Of a stretch of DNA of 64,000 nt, positions 46,728 to 56,233 are shown in pieces (the stretch's first letter is position 1; each line of letters begins with the position of its first letter). The notes under the pieces are model-generated. The model searched no databases and had not been told where the DNA came from. It was given only the letters and a program-made list of their open reading frames with translations. Location of the stretch: assembly GCA_965204755.1 (NCBI GenBank), contig OZ242011.1:2944001-3008000 (forward strand). The letters are read 5' to 3'. This DNA comes from Candidatus Marinacidobacterium sp. (GTDB lineage: Bacteria; Acidobacteriota; Vicinamibacteria; Marinacidobacterales; Marinacidobacteraceae). A program made the translations under genes and the position numbers.

Positions 46728-49661
46728 CTATTCGTGAACGAGGCCCGGCGGTCGCGTCTTCTTGCCGCCGTGCACAGTCGGTTCGGCGCACCACTTCTTC
46801 CGAAGAAGATCGAGAGGTTCCAGCACACTTTCCGGGAGTCGCAGGATTCGGAGGAGGACAGCCGCGTCCAGCGCCTTCCGGGTCGCGTCCCGGTACGCTT
46901 CATTGGCCGGAAGCAGCGGCCGCTTCGAGAACTTGCCGAAGATCGCGGACGCGATGCGGAGTTGTGGGGGATCCAGGGTTCGAACATCGAGAACGGGAAG
47001 GTCCTTGAGCCCCATGCCGGTCAGGCGGGCTCGTCCGCTCTGCTGCCTGCTGCCCTTCCACCAGAACAGCAGGAGGCCGAGAGTCGTGTTCGCCCAGAGC
47101 AGAAGCGCTTTCTCGTGAGCGGACTCGTGCGCGGTAATCGTCGGCCAGGCGGTCCCGCCCATCGTCCTCTCGTCCGTCCAGCACGCGGCGAGGGGCTGTG
47201 AGTTCAGTCGGAAGTCCAGATTGAAGTGCAGGTGGGAGGCGGACCCCCAGGCGGCCGCGGCCTTGTCCTCCATTCCGGGGCGGACTTCACCGCGGCTGTC
47301 CGGAGCGACCGTGAGTTGTTGCTCCTGCTGGGCGTCATGACGCCAGAGCATCGGATAGGTCGGATAGTCGCCGACCGAGGTCGGAGCGACATCGAAAGGC
47401 CCGCGGTAAGTGCCGTCCGAGTTCAGACCGCTTATGTCGCGATGCACCGGCCCCTTCCTGCCGATCTCCGCGAGAGCCGCGGTCGGCACGGTGATGTCTC
47501 CCCGTGTCCCGGGAAGAGCCAGCGTCCCCGCCTCCAGCGCCAGCGCCGTCTTGGCCACGGACAGGTCGCCGACGGAGGCGCAGCCTCCCGCCCTTACCGG
47601 AGCGCGAATCGTTCCGGCGATTACCTCCGACCCCGATCGTATCGTCTCCGGTCGGCGCTCCGACACCGTGGCGAGTCGGATCTGCCGGGCGGTCTCCTCG
47701 GCGCCCATTTCCGTTCGGGGCCTCTCGCGCAGCCCGACCCAGTCGGCAGAGGTTCGTACATCCGTGTAGACATCCCGATCGGAATCGCTCATCTGTCTCT
47801 TGCGGGCGATCACCAACACTTCCGCCATCCCGGTGTCCGCGGAGAAGGACTGCTCGTCGGGACGCCCGCGGGAGATCGTGACGAAGACGATGTCCTCGTA
47901 CCGCGTGTCGAGCAATCGGCGAGCATCGGCCCATGCGGCTCCGCTGACCATGACGAGCGGCATCACGAGGGCGAGCGCGCCCCCCGGCTTCAGTTTGAGG
48001 TGCGCGAGATCGAGAAAGTTGGAGGCCAAGCCCGCGTTCCCGTGCCCGACCGGCTCGTCGAGCCCGCTTCGTCTGCGGGCCAACAAGGCGGACATGCGCT
48101 GCTGCTCGTTCTTGCTGGTTTCGAACCCGGCGAACGACGGAACGGGAACATCGGCGACTTCATGATTCGTCGGGCGGGTGAACGGCGGATTCATGATGAC
48201 CAGATCCAGACTGCCGTGAGGGATGGAGAACTCCGAGAGATCACCGCCTCCGATCTCCGTGTCGGCCTCGGCCGCAGTGACTCGACGGATGCCTGTCGAG
48301 AAGAGGGAGATGCCGGATCTCTCGTCGAGGAGGTCCAAGGCGCCGATTCGGAAGGTCTGATCCCGGTCGATGTCCGTCAGGCCGTAGGGAAGCGTGTAAA
48401 CCCTCGTCTGCTCGAACAGCGTCGTCGGGTTTGCGCTGGCGAGTATCGAGGTCGTCAAGTGCGTGGCGGCCGGCATGATGTCCGTTGCGATCAGCGAATC
48501 TTCGATCATGGCCCGATGGAGGGCGCGGTCGTCGCCTCCCGCGCGCCGGTGGCGCCGGGCGACGGCGCGATATGCGGCGGTGAGCAGCGTGCCGGTGCCG
48601 CATGCGAAGTCCGCGATACGGAGGGACCGCAGGGTGTCGGGATTACGCCACTCGACCGATATCCTCCCCACTGCCAACTCCGCGAGGAGAGTGGCGGCCG
48701 CCGGACGGGTGTAGAAGGTCGCCAAGAACTTCCGATCGGTGATCAGTCTCTGGAACATGCGCCCCGAGAGATCGTGGGACCGGGCCACGCCGGAGTCTGC
48801 GATCTCTTCGGCGACGGACGCCAGCCGGCTGAGGATGTCTCCGGAAATTCCTTCGGGAATCGTCGAGAGGATCCGGGAGGCGACATGGAAGATCGGCCAG
48901 TAGTTGATGTCGTCGAGGATGCGGCGCCATTCCCGCAGGGTGAGCCTCTTCGAGATCAGGCCGCTCTCGCCCCGCAATCCCTCGATCCCCGGAACATCGC
49001 GGACACCGGCGATCATCGTCTGGAATGTGAGCGCGTTGGCGAGAATCGCCATGGCCATCCGCGTGGTCTGTTCGCCCGGGGTCTGGTGGAGCGACTCAGA
49101 AATGCCGTCGAGAACATCGGGGCGTCGCGCGCAGGCGCTTCGGAGTCGTTCTGCGGACTGCGATACACCCTCCTCGAGAACACCGAGCATTCTCGTGACG
49201 AGTCGCTCGGACAGGGCGCTCGACTCCACGAGATCAGCGAGGGAGTCCGCGTCGCCGTCGATCCAGCCCGCCCGCGGCCAGCGGACGGCGGTGTCCTCGG
49301 ACGACCAGAGGCAGTACTGGTACCGGGCGGTGGCGACCGCCTCGGGCAGCGCGTGTTGGCCGACTCGTCGGAGAGATTCAGGAACCCGGACCGCGATGGC
49401 GTGATCGATGGACCGGCCCGTAGCCAGGACTTTGGCGCCCAGCCGGGACTTGGCGTCCGCTTCGACGGTTCTGGCGGGCAGGAACTCGGTTTCCAGGACT
49501 ACGGGGCCGGCGCCGGGCTCATGGACAAGCACATCGGGACGCCTTCCACCGGGGAGGACTCCGATCGGTTCGGCTTGCAGCACATCGTCCTCGCGCCACC
49601 GGGGGTTTCTCGCCCGCATCGCGCCGGCGAGGGCGCTGTTGAAGGTGTGCTCGTCGTTCAC
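46728..49661 (-). CDS. Type IIG-like fused restriction-modification enzyme (N6-adenine MTase)
   Basis: N-terminal PDVL..VLETE; FYT; DFACGTG (motif I); NPPF (motif IV); TRD-like C-terminus. Confidence 0.82.
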   Translation of the reverse strand: MNDEHTFNSALAGAMRARNPRWREDDVLQAEPIGVLPGGRRPDVLVHEPGAGPVVLETEFLPARTVEADAKSRLGAKVLATGRSIDHAIAVRVPESLRRVGQHALPEAVATARYQYCLWSSEDTAVRWPRAGWIDGDADSLADLVESSALSERLVTRMLGVLEEGVSQSAERLRSACARRPDVLDGISESLHQTPGEQTTRMAMAILANALTFQTMIAGVRDVPGIEGLRGESGLISKRLTLREWRRILDDINYWPIFHVASRILSTIPEGISGDILSRLASVAEEIADSGVARSHDLSGRMFQRLITDRKFLATFYTRPAAATLLAELAVGRISVEWRNPDTLRSLRIADFACGTGTLLTAAYRAVARRHRRAGGDDRALHRAMIEDSLIATDIMPAATHLTTSILASANPTTLFEQTRVYTLPYGLTDIDRDQTFRIGALDLLDERSGISLFSTGIRRVTAAEADTEIGGGDLSEFSIPHGSLDLVIMNPPFTRPTNHEVADVPVPSFAGFETSKNEQQRMSALLARRRSGLDEPVGHGNAGLASNFLDLAHLKLKPGGALALVMPLVMVSGAAWADARRLLDTRYEDIVFVTISRGRPDEQSFSADTGMAEVLVIARKRQMSDSDRDVYTDVRTSADWVGLRERPRTEMGAEETARQIRLATVSERRPETIRSGSEVIAGTIRAPVRAGGCASVGDLSVAKTALALEAGTLALPGTRGDITVPTAALAEIGRKGPVHRDISGLNSDGTYRGPFDVAPTSVGDYPTYPMLWRHDAQQEQQLTVAPDSRGEVRPGMEDKAAAAWGSASHLHFNLDFRLNSQPLAACWTDERTMGGTAWPTITAHESAHEKALLLWANTTLGLLLFWWKGSRQQSGRARLTGMGLKDLPVLDVRTLDPPQLRIASAIFGKFSKRPLLPANEAYRDATRKALDAAVLLRILRLPESVLEPLDLLRKKWCAEPTVHGGKKTRPPGLVHE

Positions 49662-49829
49662 GAAGAGCCCCCGGCCGTAAGTCGCAAATGTTCGGACGCG
49701 CGGCGTCTCCCGTAGTGACGCGACACCCAAGGGTAATACTAGCGCCGACGCAGAGCAGTAGCGCCAGTGTGCCGGTCGGGAAACCGGGCGTCGGACGGAG
49801 CGGAATTCGGCCGTGGTTCCCTGTGGCGG

Positions 49830-50420
49830 CTACAAACGGGTGAGGGGTTCATGAGGTGGGAGCGAGCGCGCCGCCAGGGCGACATCGAGAGATGCGGCCA
49901 AGGCTGCCTCGCCGTTCTCGCGGAGTTGAGACGGCAACTCCGGGCGGGAGCGGGGGAGGGCGCCGGCGCGGGTGAGACAGGCGCGGGCTCGGTGCGAGAG
50001 CCAGATGAGGCGGTATTCGGCGGCCGCCTCCTCGTCCCCGATCTCCTGCATCCGGAGGAGGACTTTCCGAGCGGCGGCGGCGCGTTCGTCCGCGACTTCC
50101 GGGTCGGGCAGGGGAAGCCGGTGGCGCCAGCGCCGCGAGATGGCGCCCCAGTGTCCTTCACAGTCGAGCAAGGGGTGGCCGAACTGCACCGCCCCGATCA
50201 AGAGGTCGTTCGCGGAGCGAAGGGACGGCTCCACCCGGTCGAGCGCGACCTTGCGGAGGTCCACCTCGATCGGGGGTCGTTCGGCGATGGCGGATCGATC
50301 GCGGCAGATCGCCAGCAGGTCCAAGTCTTCCGACTCGACGCCGGGCCGCGTGGCGGAGCCGATGGCGATGACGGCGAGGAGGTTCGGGTCTCCCGCGGCG
50401 CGGTCGAGGAAGGCGCCCAC
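49830..50420 (-). CDS. Minimal nucleotidyltransferase (MNT) with HEPN-like helical C-terminus; 5' end uncertain
   Basis: IGSATR..EDLDLL (GS..DxD), VDL. Confidence 0.65.
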   Translation of the reverse strand: MGAFLDRAAGDPNLLAVIAIGSATRPGVESEDLDLLAICRDRSAIAERPPIEVDLRKVALDRVEPSLRSANDLLIGAVQFGHPLLDCEGHWGAISRRWRHRLPLPDPEVADERAAAARKVLLRMQEIGDEEAAAEYRLIWLSHRARACLTRAGALPRSRPELPSQLRENGEAALAASLDVALAARSLPPHEPLTRL

Positions 50421-50810
50421 CCACCGGCGGGAGCGGGCGGTGGGCCAGCGGAGGATCGGCCGTTCGGTTGTTTTCCGTCGTCACCTCGGATCTACGAGCC
50501 CAAAGGCGGAGGCGACATGGTATTCGACAGCCGCGGCAACCTCGCAGTCAACGACGACACAGATACCGCCAAAGTCGCTGTCGCACGGACATCGTCTTCC
50601 GAATCTTCGACAAGAGATCACTCGGCGGCTCCACAATCCACTTGGAGTAGTCGACAGGGGGAACCATGTCTTTTGACGGGTCGCCTTTCCCGATTGCTCT
50701 TCTTCTCATCATCCGAACGAAGTTGTCGTTCTGCATCGCACTTAGACCTTGGACTGCCTTCTTTTGCGCCATCGGTCTCGCAATACAACCGAAGCGACAT
50801 CATTAGTCGA

Positions 50811-51008
50811 GGCGACGATGTCAGCCGAGAAGTCCCCCACGCCGACTTCCGCGTCCTCCTACTCCAGTTCCATTCCCAGGGTTTCTCCGAGAAACTGCAA
50901 GTTCTCGCCCATCGCGAGCCACGGAGTGAAGTCCTCCGCCTCATGTCTCCACACTTCCCGCACGCCCACGCGGCGCAGTCGAGAAAGTTACTCGATGATG
51001 TGATTCAT
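50811..51008 (-). pseudogene. Truncated second copy of the DUF4268 gene 5' end
   Basis: MNHIIE*LSRLRRVGVREVWRHEAEDFTPWLAMGENLQFLGETLGMELE*EDAEVGVGDFSADIVA aligns with the protein starting at 46401; two in-frame stops. Confidence 0.85.
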
Positions 51009-51046
51009 GGTGTGGGTCGCACAGCCGATAGAGCTAATGTCGTCTA

Positions 51047-51613
51047 CTACCGTGGGCAGTGCGTGTACCCCATGGCGCGGTCGACGCCCTCCAGGAACAC
51101 ACGAAAACTCGAAGACCGGTTGCCCTCGCGGCCGAGACAGCCGGACATGGCTCTGGCTCCCGCGACCTTGCCGAAGCCGGGGACGAGTTTCCCGATCATC
51201 TGTGACGGGTTGCCGATGGTGTCCGGATTTCGGAATTGCGCTTTGGCCGCGAGTCGCGCCAGTTTCGGGTCATTGAAGGCGACGGCCATGGCGTGGGGGT
51301 CTCCAAGATACCAGGCCTCCAATTCGCGACACGCGATGCGAACGACCGCACCCGGCTTCCCGGCTCGTTCACACAACGTCGCGAGGTGTTGCTTGACGGC
51401 CTCGCACTCGGCGGCGTCCTGATCCCGCAAGACCACGAACCGAGTGTCGGGCGTGCGCCAAGCGCGGAGTTTTCTCCCGACACTCCGGTCGAGGTCGGCC
51501 TTCCCTTCATGGGTGATGAGGCGGAATCGCAGGCTGGGGAAGAAGCGAGGCAGGAGACCGTTCAGGAACTCCCTCATGGAGCGGTCCTCCACGAAGAAGA
51601 CGACCTCGCTCAT
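51047..51613 (-). CDS. DUF4276 (TOPRIM-like) family protein
   Basis: VFFVEDRS, HEGKADL, LRDQD, ELEAWYLGD, NRSSSF. Confidence 0.82.
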   Translation of the reverse strand: MSEVVFFVEDRSMREFLNGLLPRFFPSLRFRLITHEGKADLDRSVGRKLRAWRTPDTRFVVLRDQDAAECEAVKQHLATLCERAGKPGAVVRIACRELEAWYLGDPHAMAVAFNDPKLARLAAKAQFRNPDTIGNPSQMIGKLVPGFGKVAGARAMSGCLGREGNRSSSFRVFLEGVDRAMGYTHCPR

Positions 51614-52785
51614 TGGGGCTCGGCTCCCGGGAACAGGCCTTGTTTCCACAGAGTCCCCGGACGATCTCCTTCCTCAACCAGTGCGCGGATCTGTTTGTCG
51701 TGGGAGGCGCGCCGGGCGATGCTGACGCCGTTGCTCTTGACGAGCCAGAAGACTTCGTCCAAGTTGGCGGCATTGAGGAAATCCGGAGAATGGGTCGAGA
51801 CGAAGACTTGGCCTCCCTGACGAGCGTAGCCACGAAACTCCTCTGCGAGTTCTTCCATGAGATGAGGGTAGAGTTGGTTTTCCGGTTCCTCCACGGCCAG
51901 CAGCGGGTGCGGTTTCGGATCGTGGAGAAGCACGAGGTAGGCGAACATCTTGATCGTGCCGTCGGAGACATAGCGCGCGATGAACGGATCCTCGAACGCG
52001 CCGTCCTGAAAACGCAACATCAGCCTTCCGTCCTCTGTCGTCCGTGCTTCAACCCGTTCGATTCCAGGTATACGAGACTTCATCACCTCCAGAATTCGGT
52101 CGAAGCGATCGCGATGGTTCTCATAGAGGAATTTGGCGACCGGTGCGACATTCTCGCCGCGCGATGACAGATGTTCAGCGTAGACGGCATCGACGCTCGG
52201 ACGAGCTTCGGAGATGTGAAAGTCAGAGATGTACCAGTTCTCGATGATGTTGCGGAACTCCGAGACGACGCGGAAATCACGAAACTGACCGAGCCCCTTG
52301 ATGGCAGGAACGCTGGGATCGTCCAGCCGGAACTCTTTGCGTTCTTCCTTTACGTCCTCCTGTCCATAGGCAGATTCATTGGTGATGGCCACCCCGGATC
52401 CGCCTCGGAACGAAAGAAATTGCCACGGTTTGCCGCGGGCGCCTCGGCGGTACTGCAGGATCTCCCTGCGGATGACGACACGGCCGGAGTCCTCGGCCAC
52501 TTCAAGGATGTAGGTCGCGAGGCGACCGCCACTCTCGCGGAACTTGATCGTGATCGCGACAGCCCCCTTCTGCGCGCGCGTCGTGAGTTCCTGAAGTCCA
52601 CCTCGACGAGCGACCGCGATCGCGACATTGGAGGTAAGGGACTCCTTCAGGAAACTGAAGACATCAAACAGGGTGGACTTCCCGGTTCCGTTCGCGCCGA
52701 CGACGACCGCCATGCGCGGCAAATCGGCCAGCACCGTCCGGTGGAGACAGCGGTAGTTGCGAATCTCGATTCGTGTGATGTGCAT
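51610..52785 (-). CDS. AAA_21-type ABC ATPase
   Basis: GANGTGKS, SDGT, AVEEPEN, STHSP; ATGA coupling to DUF4276. Confidence 0.9.
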   Translation of the reverse strand: MHITRIEIRNYRCLHRTVLADLPRMAVVVGANGTGKSTLFDVFSFLKESLTSNVAIAVARRGGLQELTTRAQKGAVAITIKFRESGGRLATYILEVAEDSGRVVIRREILQYRRGARGKPWQFLSFRGGSGVAITNESAYGQEDVKEERKEFRLDDPSVPAIKGLGQFRDFRVVSEFRNIIENWYISDFHISEARPSVDAVYAEHLSSRGENVAPVAKFLYENHRDRFDRILEVMKSRIPGIERVEARTTEDGRLMLRFQDGAFEDPFIARYVSDGTIKMFAYLVLLHDPKPHPLLAVEEPENQLYPHLMEELAEEFRGYARQGGQVFVSTHSPDFLNAANLDEVFWLVKSNGVSIARRASHDKQIRALVEEGDRPGTLWKQGLFPGAEPQ

Positions 52786-53249
52786 GGCGAGACGGCCTGA
52801 GAGAAGTGCGGGCGGCACCGAAGGCGGGCCGACGCGGCCCGCGAATTCTAACCGGAGCGGGTCCGGTAGGTCAGCGGGGTGAGCACCGCGTGGAGCCGTG
52901 GGGCGCATCAGGCATAGGCGCTTGAAAGGGCGGGGGCGAGCGGCGGCACGGGCCACCGGAAGAGGGGCGACTGGTCTTTTTCGTTCGGATGGCCGGTAGT
53001 CCGCTCCGGAGAGCGACCGGGGAGGCAGCCGGGACGTTCAGGGCACAGGAAGGCATGTTCTCTCGTGGTAGCCTTTCCGGCTGCTGGCCATTCCGGCGTC
53101 GGCGTTCCCGGTCGGGGTGGGGTCGGCGGGCGCGGCGGTCGTTTCGCGCTTCGAGAGCGCCGACTTCGAGTCGCGCCGGGGGGCGCCCGGCGCGGTGGCC
53201 GTTCTGCTCCCTTCTCCTCCGGTCAGCCGAGGGCTGATCGTGGTGTCCG

Positions 53250-54527
53250 ATGCCCTTCCTGCCGGGGCGCGTTTCGCGCCCGTTCGCCGCCGGCGCCCTT
53301 CTCGTGGCGGCAGCCTCGTTCGGGGCCGCGCCTTCGGCGGCCGGCCAGCGGCTCGCGGGGGCCGGGAGCGGCTCCCCCTGGGCGGGGGAGGGGAGCGCCG
53401 ACGAGTCGCGGTTCCTGAGCCGGGTCCGGCGGCTGACCGTGGAGGGGCGGCGGGCCGGGGAGGGGTACTTCTCGCCGGACGGACGGGAGATCGTCTTCCA
53501 GTCGGAGCGCGAGCCGGGCAACCCGTTCTTCCAGATCTACCTCCTGTCGTTCGAGACCGGCGAGACGCTGCGGGTCTCCCCGGGGACCGGCAAGACGACC
53601 TGCGCCTTCATCTCGCCGAGCGACGGCGGGGTCCTCTTCGCGTCCACGCACCTCGACCCCGGGTCGGTGGAGTTGCAGCGGGAGGAGATCGAGTTCCGGG
53701 AGAGCGGGCGGGAGCGCCGCTACTCCTGGGACTACGACCCGGCGATGGACTTGTTCGCTTGGGACCGGGACACGGGGGAGTTGACCCGGTTGACCGAGGC
53801 GCGGGGCTACGACGCCGAGGCCAGTTACTCGCCGGACGGGGAATGGATCGCGTTCACTTCGATGCGCTCGCTGTTCGAGGACGAGTTGACGGAGCGCGAA
53901 CGGCGGCTGGCGGAAGTGGACCCGTCCTACTTCGGCGAGATCTGGATCATGCGCGCCGACGGCAGCGGGAAGACCAGACTCACGAACGCTCCCGGCTACG
54001 ACGGGGGGCCGTTCTTCTTCCCGGACGGGGAGCGGATCGTGTGGCGGCGGTTCAGCGAGGACGGCGTGATCGCGGACATCTATTCCATGCGGCGGGACGG
54101 CAGCGACCTCCGCAGGTTGACCGACTTCGGCTCCATGAGTTGGGCGCCGTATGTCCATCCGTCCGGCGAATACCTGCTCTTCGCCTCGAACAAACTCGGC
54201 TTCAGCAACTTCGAGGTGTACATGGTGGACACCGCGGGCGAGAAGGAGCCGATCCGCGTTACGACGACGGACGGCTTCGACGGCCTGCCGGTGCCGACCC
54301 CGGACGGGCGCGGCCTCGCTTGGACCTCCACCCGCCACGGGGAAGGCTCCGGCGGACAGATCTACCTGGCCGACTGGAACCACGAGGAAGCGCTGGCCGC
54401 GCTCGTCGCCGCGCCGGCCCGGCGTTCGGCGTCGGAGACGCCGCATGAACCACGATCCGGGAACGGGATCGTTCGGCGTCTTGGCATGGACCGGATGCCT
54501 CGGAAGCCATCGGGGAAGCACGAATGA
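53250..54527 (+). CDS. TolB-like PD40 beta-propeller protein
   Basis: RRAGEGYFSPDG, GYDAEASYSPDG, GYDGGPFFFPDG. Confidence 0.88.
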   Translation: MPFLPGRVSRPFAAGALLVAAASFGAAPSAAGQRLAGAGSGSPWAGEGSADESRFLSRVRRLTVEGRRAGEGYFSPDGREIVFQSEREPGNPFFQIYLLSFETGETLRVSPGTGKTTCAFISPSDGGVLFASTHLDPGSVELQREEIEFRESGRERRYSWDYDPAMDLFAWDRDTGELTRLTEARGYDAEASYSPDGEWIAFTSMRSLFEDELTERERRLAEVDPSYFGEIWIMRADGSGKTRLTNAPGYDGGPFFFPDGERIVWRRFSEDGVIADIYSMRRDGSDLRRLTDFGSMSWAPYVHPSGEYLLFASNKLGFSNFEVYMVDTAGEKEPIRVTTTDGFDGLPVPTPDGRGLAWTSTRHGEGSGGQIYLADWNHEEALAALVAAPARRSASETPHEPRSGNGIVRRLGMDRMPRKPSGKHE

Positions 54528-56233
54528 CACGCAAGAATCTCCTCGACGCCCGGACGGTCGATTTCCTGGAGTTGATCGGCAACGGGCGCACTTTCTCGGT
54601 TCCGCCGTACCAGAGAGACTACTCGTGGAACACCGAGGAGTGGGACGACCTGTGGAGCGACATCGTGGAACTCCGTGACCGACCGCAGGAGAGGCACTAC
54701 ATGGGGGCTGTCCTGGTCAAGTCGAAGACGGACTTCGAATTCCTCGTTATCGACGGCCAGCAGCGGCTGGCGACACTCAGTCTGTTCGCTCTCGCCGTCG
54801 CCAAGCGTTTGAGGACTCTCGCCGACGGTGGACTCGACGCTGAGGCGAACAGGTCGCGAGCTCAGGCCCTGCATGATCGGTTCATCGGGGAAAAGGACCC
54901 CGCGTCGCTTCTGGAAGCGAGTCGGTTGTCCCTGAACGAGACGGACAACGGCTTCTACCGGGACTACTTGGTGCAGGACCGAGCCCCTTCCAACCCCACG
55001 GCGCTGCAGGGATCCAAGCGCCAGATCTGGGGCTGTTACTGCTTCTTCCTGCGAAAACTCGAAGGGGACCCGCGACTTCGAAGTGACGGAGAGGCATTGG
55101 CGAAATTCCTGTCGCTCACGGTAGCGCGCCAGTTGCTCTTCATCATGATCACCGTCGAAGACGAACTGAACGCCTACACCGTATTCGAGACGCTGAACGC
55201 CCGAGGTGTCAGCCTGACGACGACGGATCTGCTGAAGAACTACCTGATCTCTCGCGTAGAGACACCCAGCGATGTAGATGACCTGCATCGCCGCTGGCGC
55301 ACTCTCGTGGGCACGGTCAAGGAGGGGCGGTTCCCGGACTTCCTTCGATACCACCTGTTGTCCAGGCACTCGCGAATTCGACGCCCGAACCTGTTCAAGA
55401 TCGTCCGGGACCAGTTCCGCACGCTCCCGGAAGTCTTCGAACTGCTCAAGCAACTGGAGTCCAGGGCGGAGATCTTCGCTGCGCTCACGGACTCGAGCCA
55501 CGACTACTGGAAGGATCTGCCCGAGGCGGGACCCCTTATCCGAGAACAGATTCTCTTTCGGGTCCGGCAGATGACGCCGCTTCTGTTCACCGTGTGGGAA
55601 CGGTTTTCGCGTCAGGACTTCGTTCGCGTGTTGAAGTTCGTGAGCGTGATATCGTTCCGTTACAACATCGTCAGTGCGCTGAGCCGGAGTGAGTTGGAAC
55701 CTGCTTACTCTCAGGCCGCCAAGGCCGTAGCGGCCGGAGAGTCGGTGACGCCGGGCGCCGTGTTCCGGACGCTCGACTCGATCTATGTCGACGACGAGAA
55801 GATGGCGCAGGACTTTTCTCGACTCCGGATAAACACGCACAGCGTCCGAAAGAAGGTCGTTCGGTACATCTTGACTCGACTCGAGGCGGACGCATCCGGA
55901 GGCATCGTGGATCCCGATGTGGATCCGGGATCGATCGAACACATTCTGCCGGAGAATCCTGGCGAAACTTGGGAGGAGGAATTCGCGAGAGAGAGGCATG
56001 AGGCGTTCCTGTACAGAATCGGGAACCTGACCCTGCTCGAGAAGAAGGCGAACCGAGATATCGGCAACCGGCCTTACGCAGACAAGGTGGCGGTGTACGA
56101 ACGCAGCAGCTATGCGCTGGCGCGACAGGTTGCCGAGATAGCGCCGGAAGAGTGGACGCCGGCGCTCGTCGAACACCGACAGAAGAAACTGGCCGCTCGC
56201 GCCGTACAGATCTGGAGGGCCGATTTTGCCTGA
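54524..56233 (+). CDS. DUF262 + DUF1524 protein (GmrSD/SspE-like nuclease)
   Basis: PPYQRDYSW, IDGQQRLAT, FETLNARG; SIEHILP..IGNLTLL..N (HNH-like). Confidence 0.9.
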   Translation: MTRKNLLDARTVDFLELIGNGRTFSVPPYQRDYSWNTEEWDDLWSDIVELRDRPQERHYMGAVLVKSKTDFEFLVIDGQQRLATLSLFALAVAKRLRTLADGGLDAEANRSRAQALHDRFIGEKDPASLLEASRLSLNETDNGFYRDYLVQDRAPSNPTALQGSKRQIWGCYCFFLRKLEGDPRLRSDGEALAKFLSLTVARQLLFIMITVEDELNAYTVFETLNARGVSLTTTDLLKNYLISRVETPSDVDDLHRRWRTLVGTVKEGRFPDFLRYHLLSRHSRIRRPNLFKIVRDQFRTLPEVFELLKQLESRAEIFAALTDSSHDYWKDLPEAGPLIREQILFRVRQMTPLLFTVWERFSRQDFVRVLKFVSVISFRYNIVSALSRSELEPAYSQAAKAVAAGESVTPGAVFRTLDSIYVDDEKMAQDFSRLRINTHSVRKKVVRYILTRLEADASGGIVDPDVDPGSIEHILPENPGETWEEEFARERHEAFLYRIGNLTLLEKKANRDIGNRPYADKVAVYERSSYALARQVAEIAPEEWTPALVEHRQKKLAARAVQIWRADFA

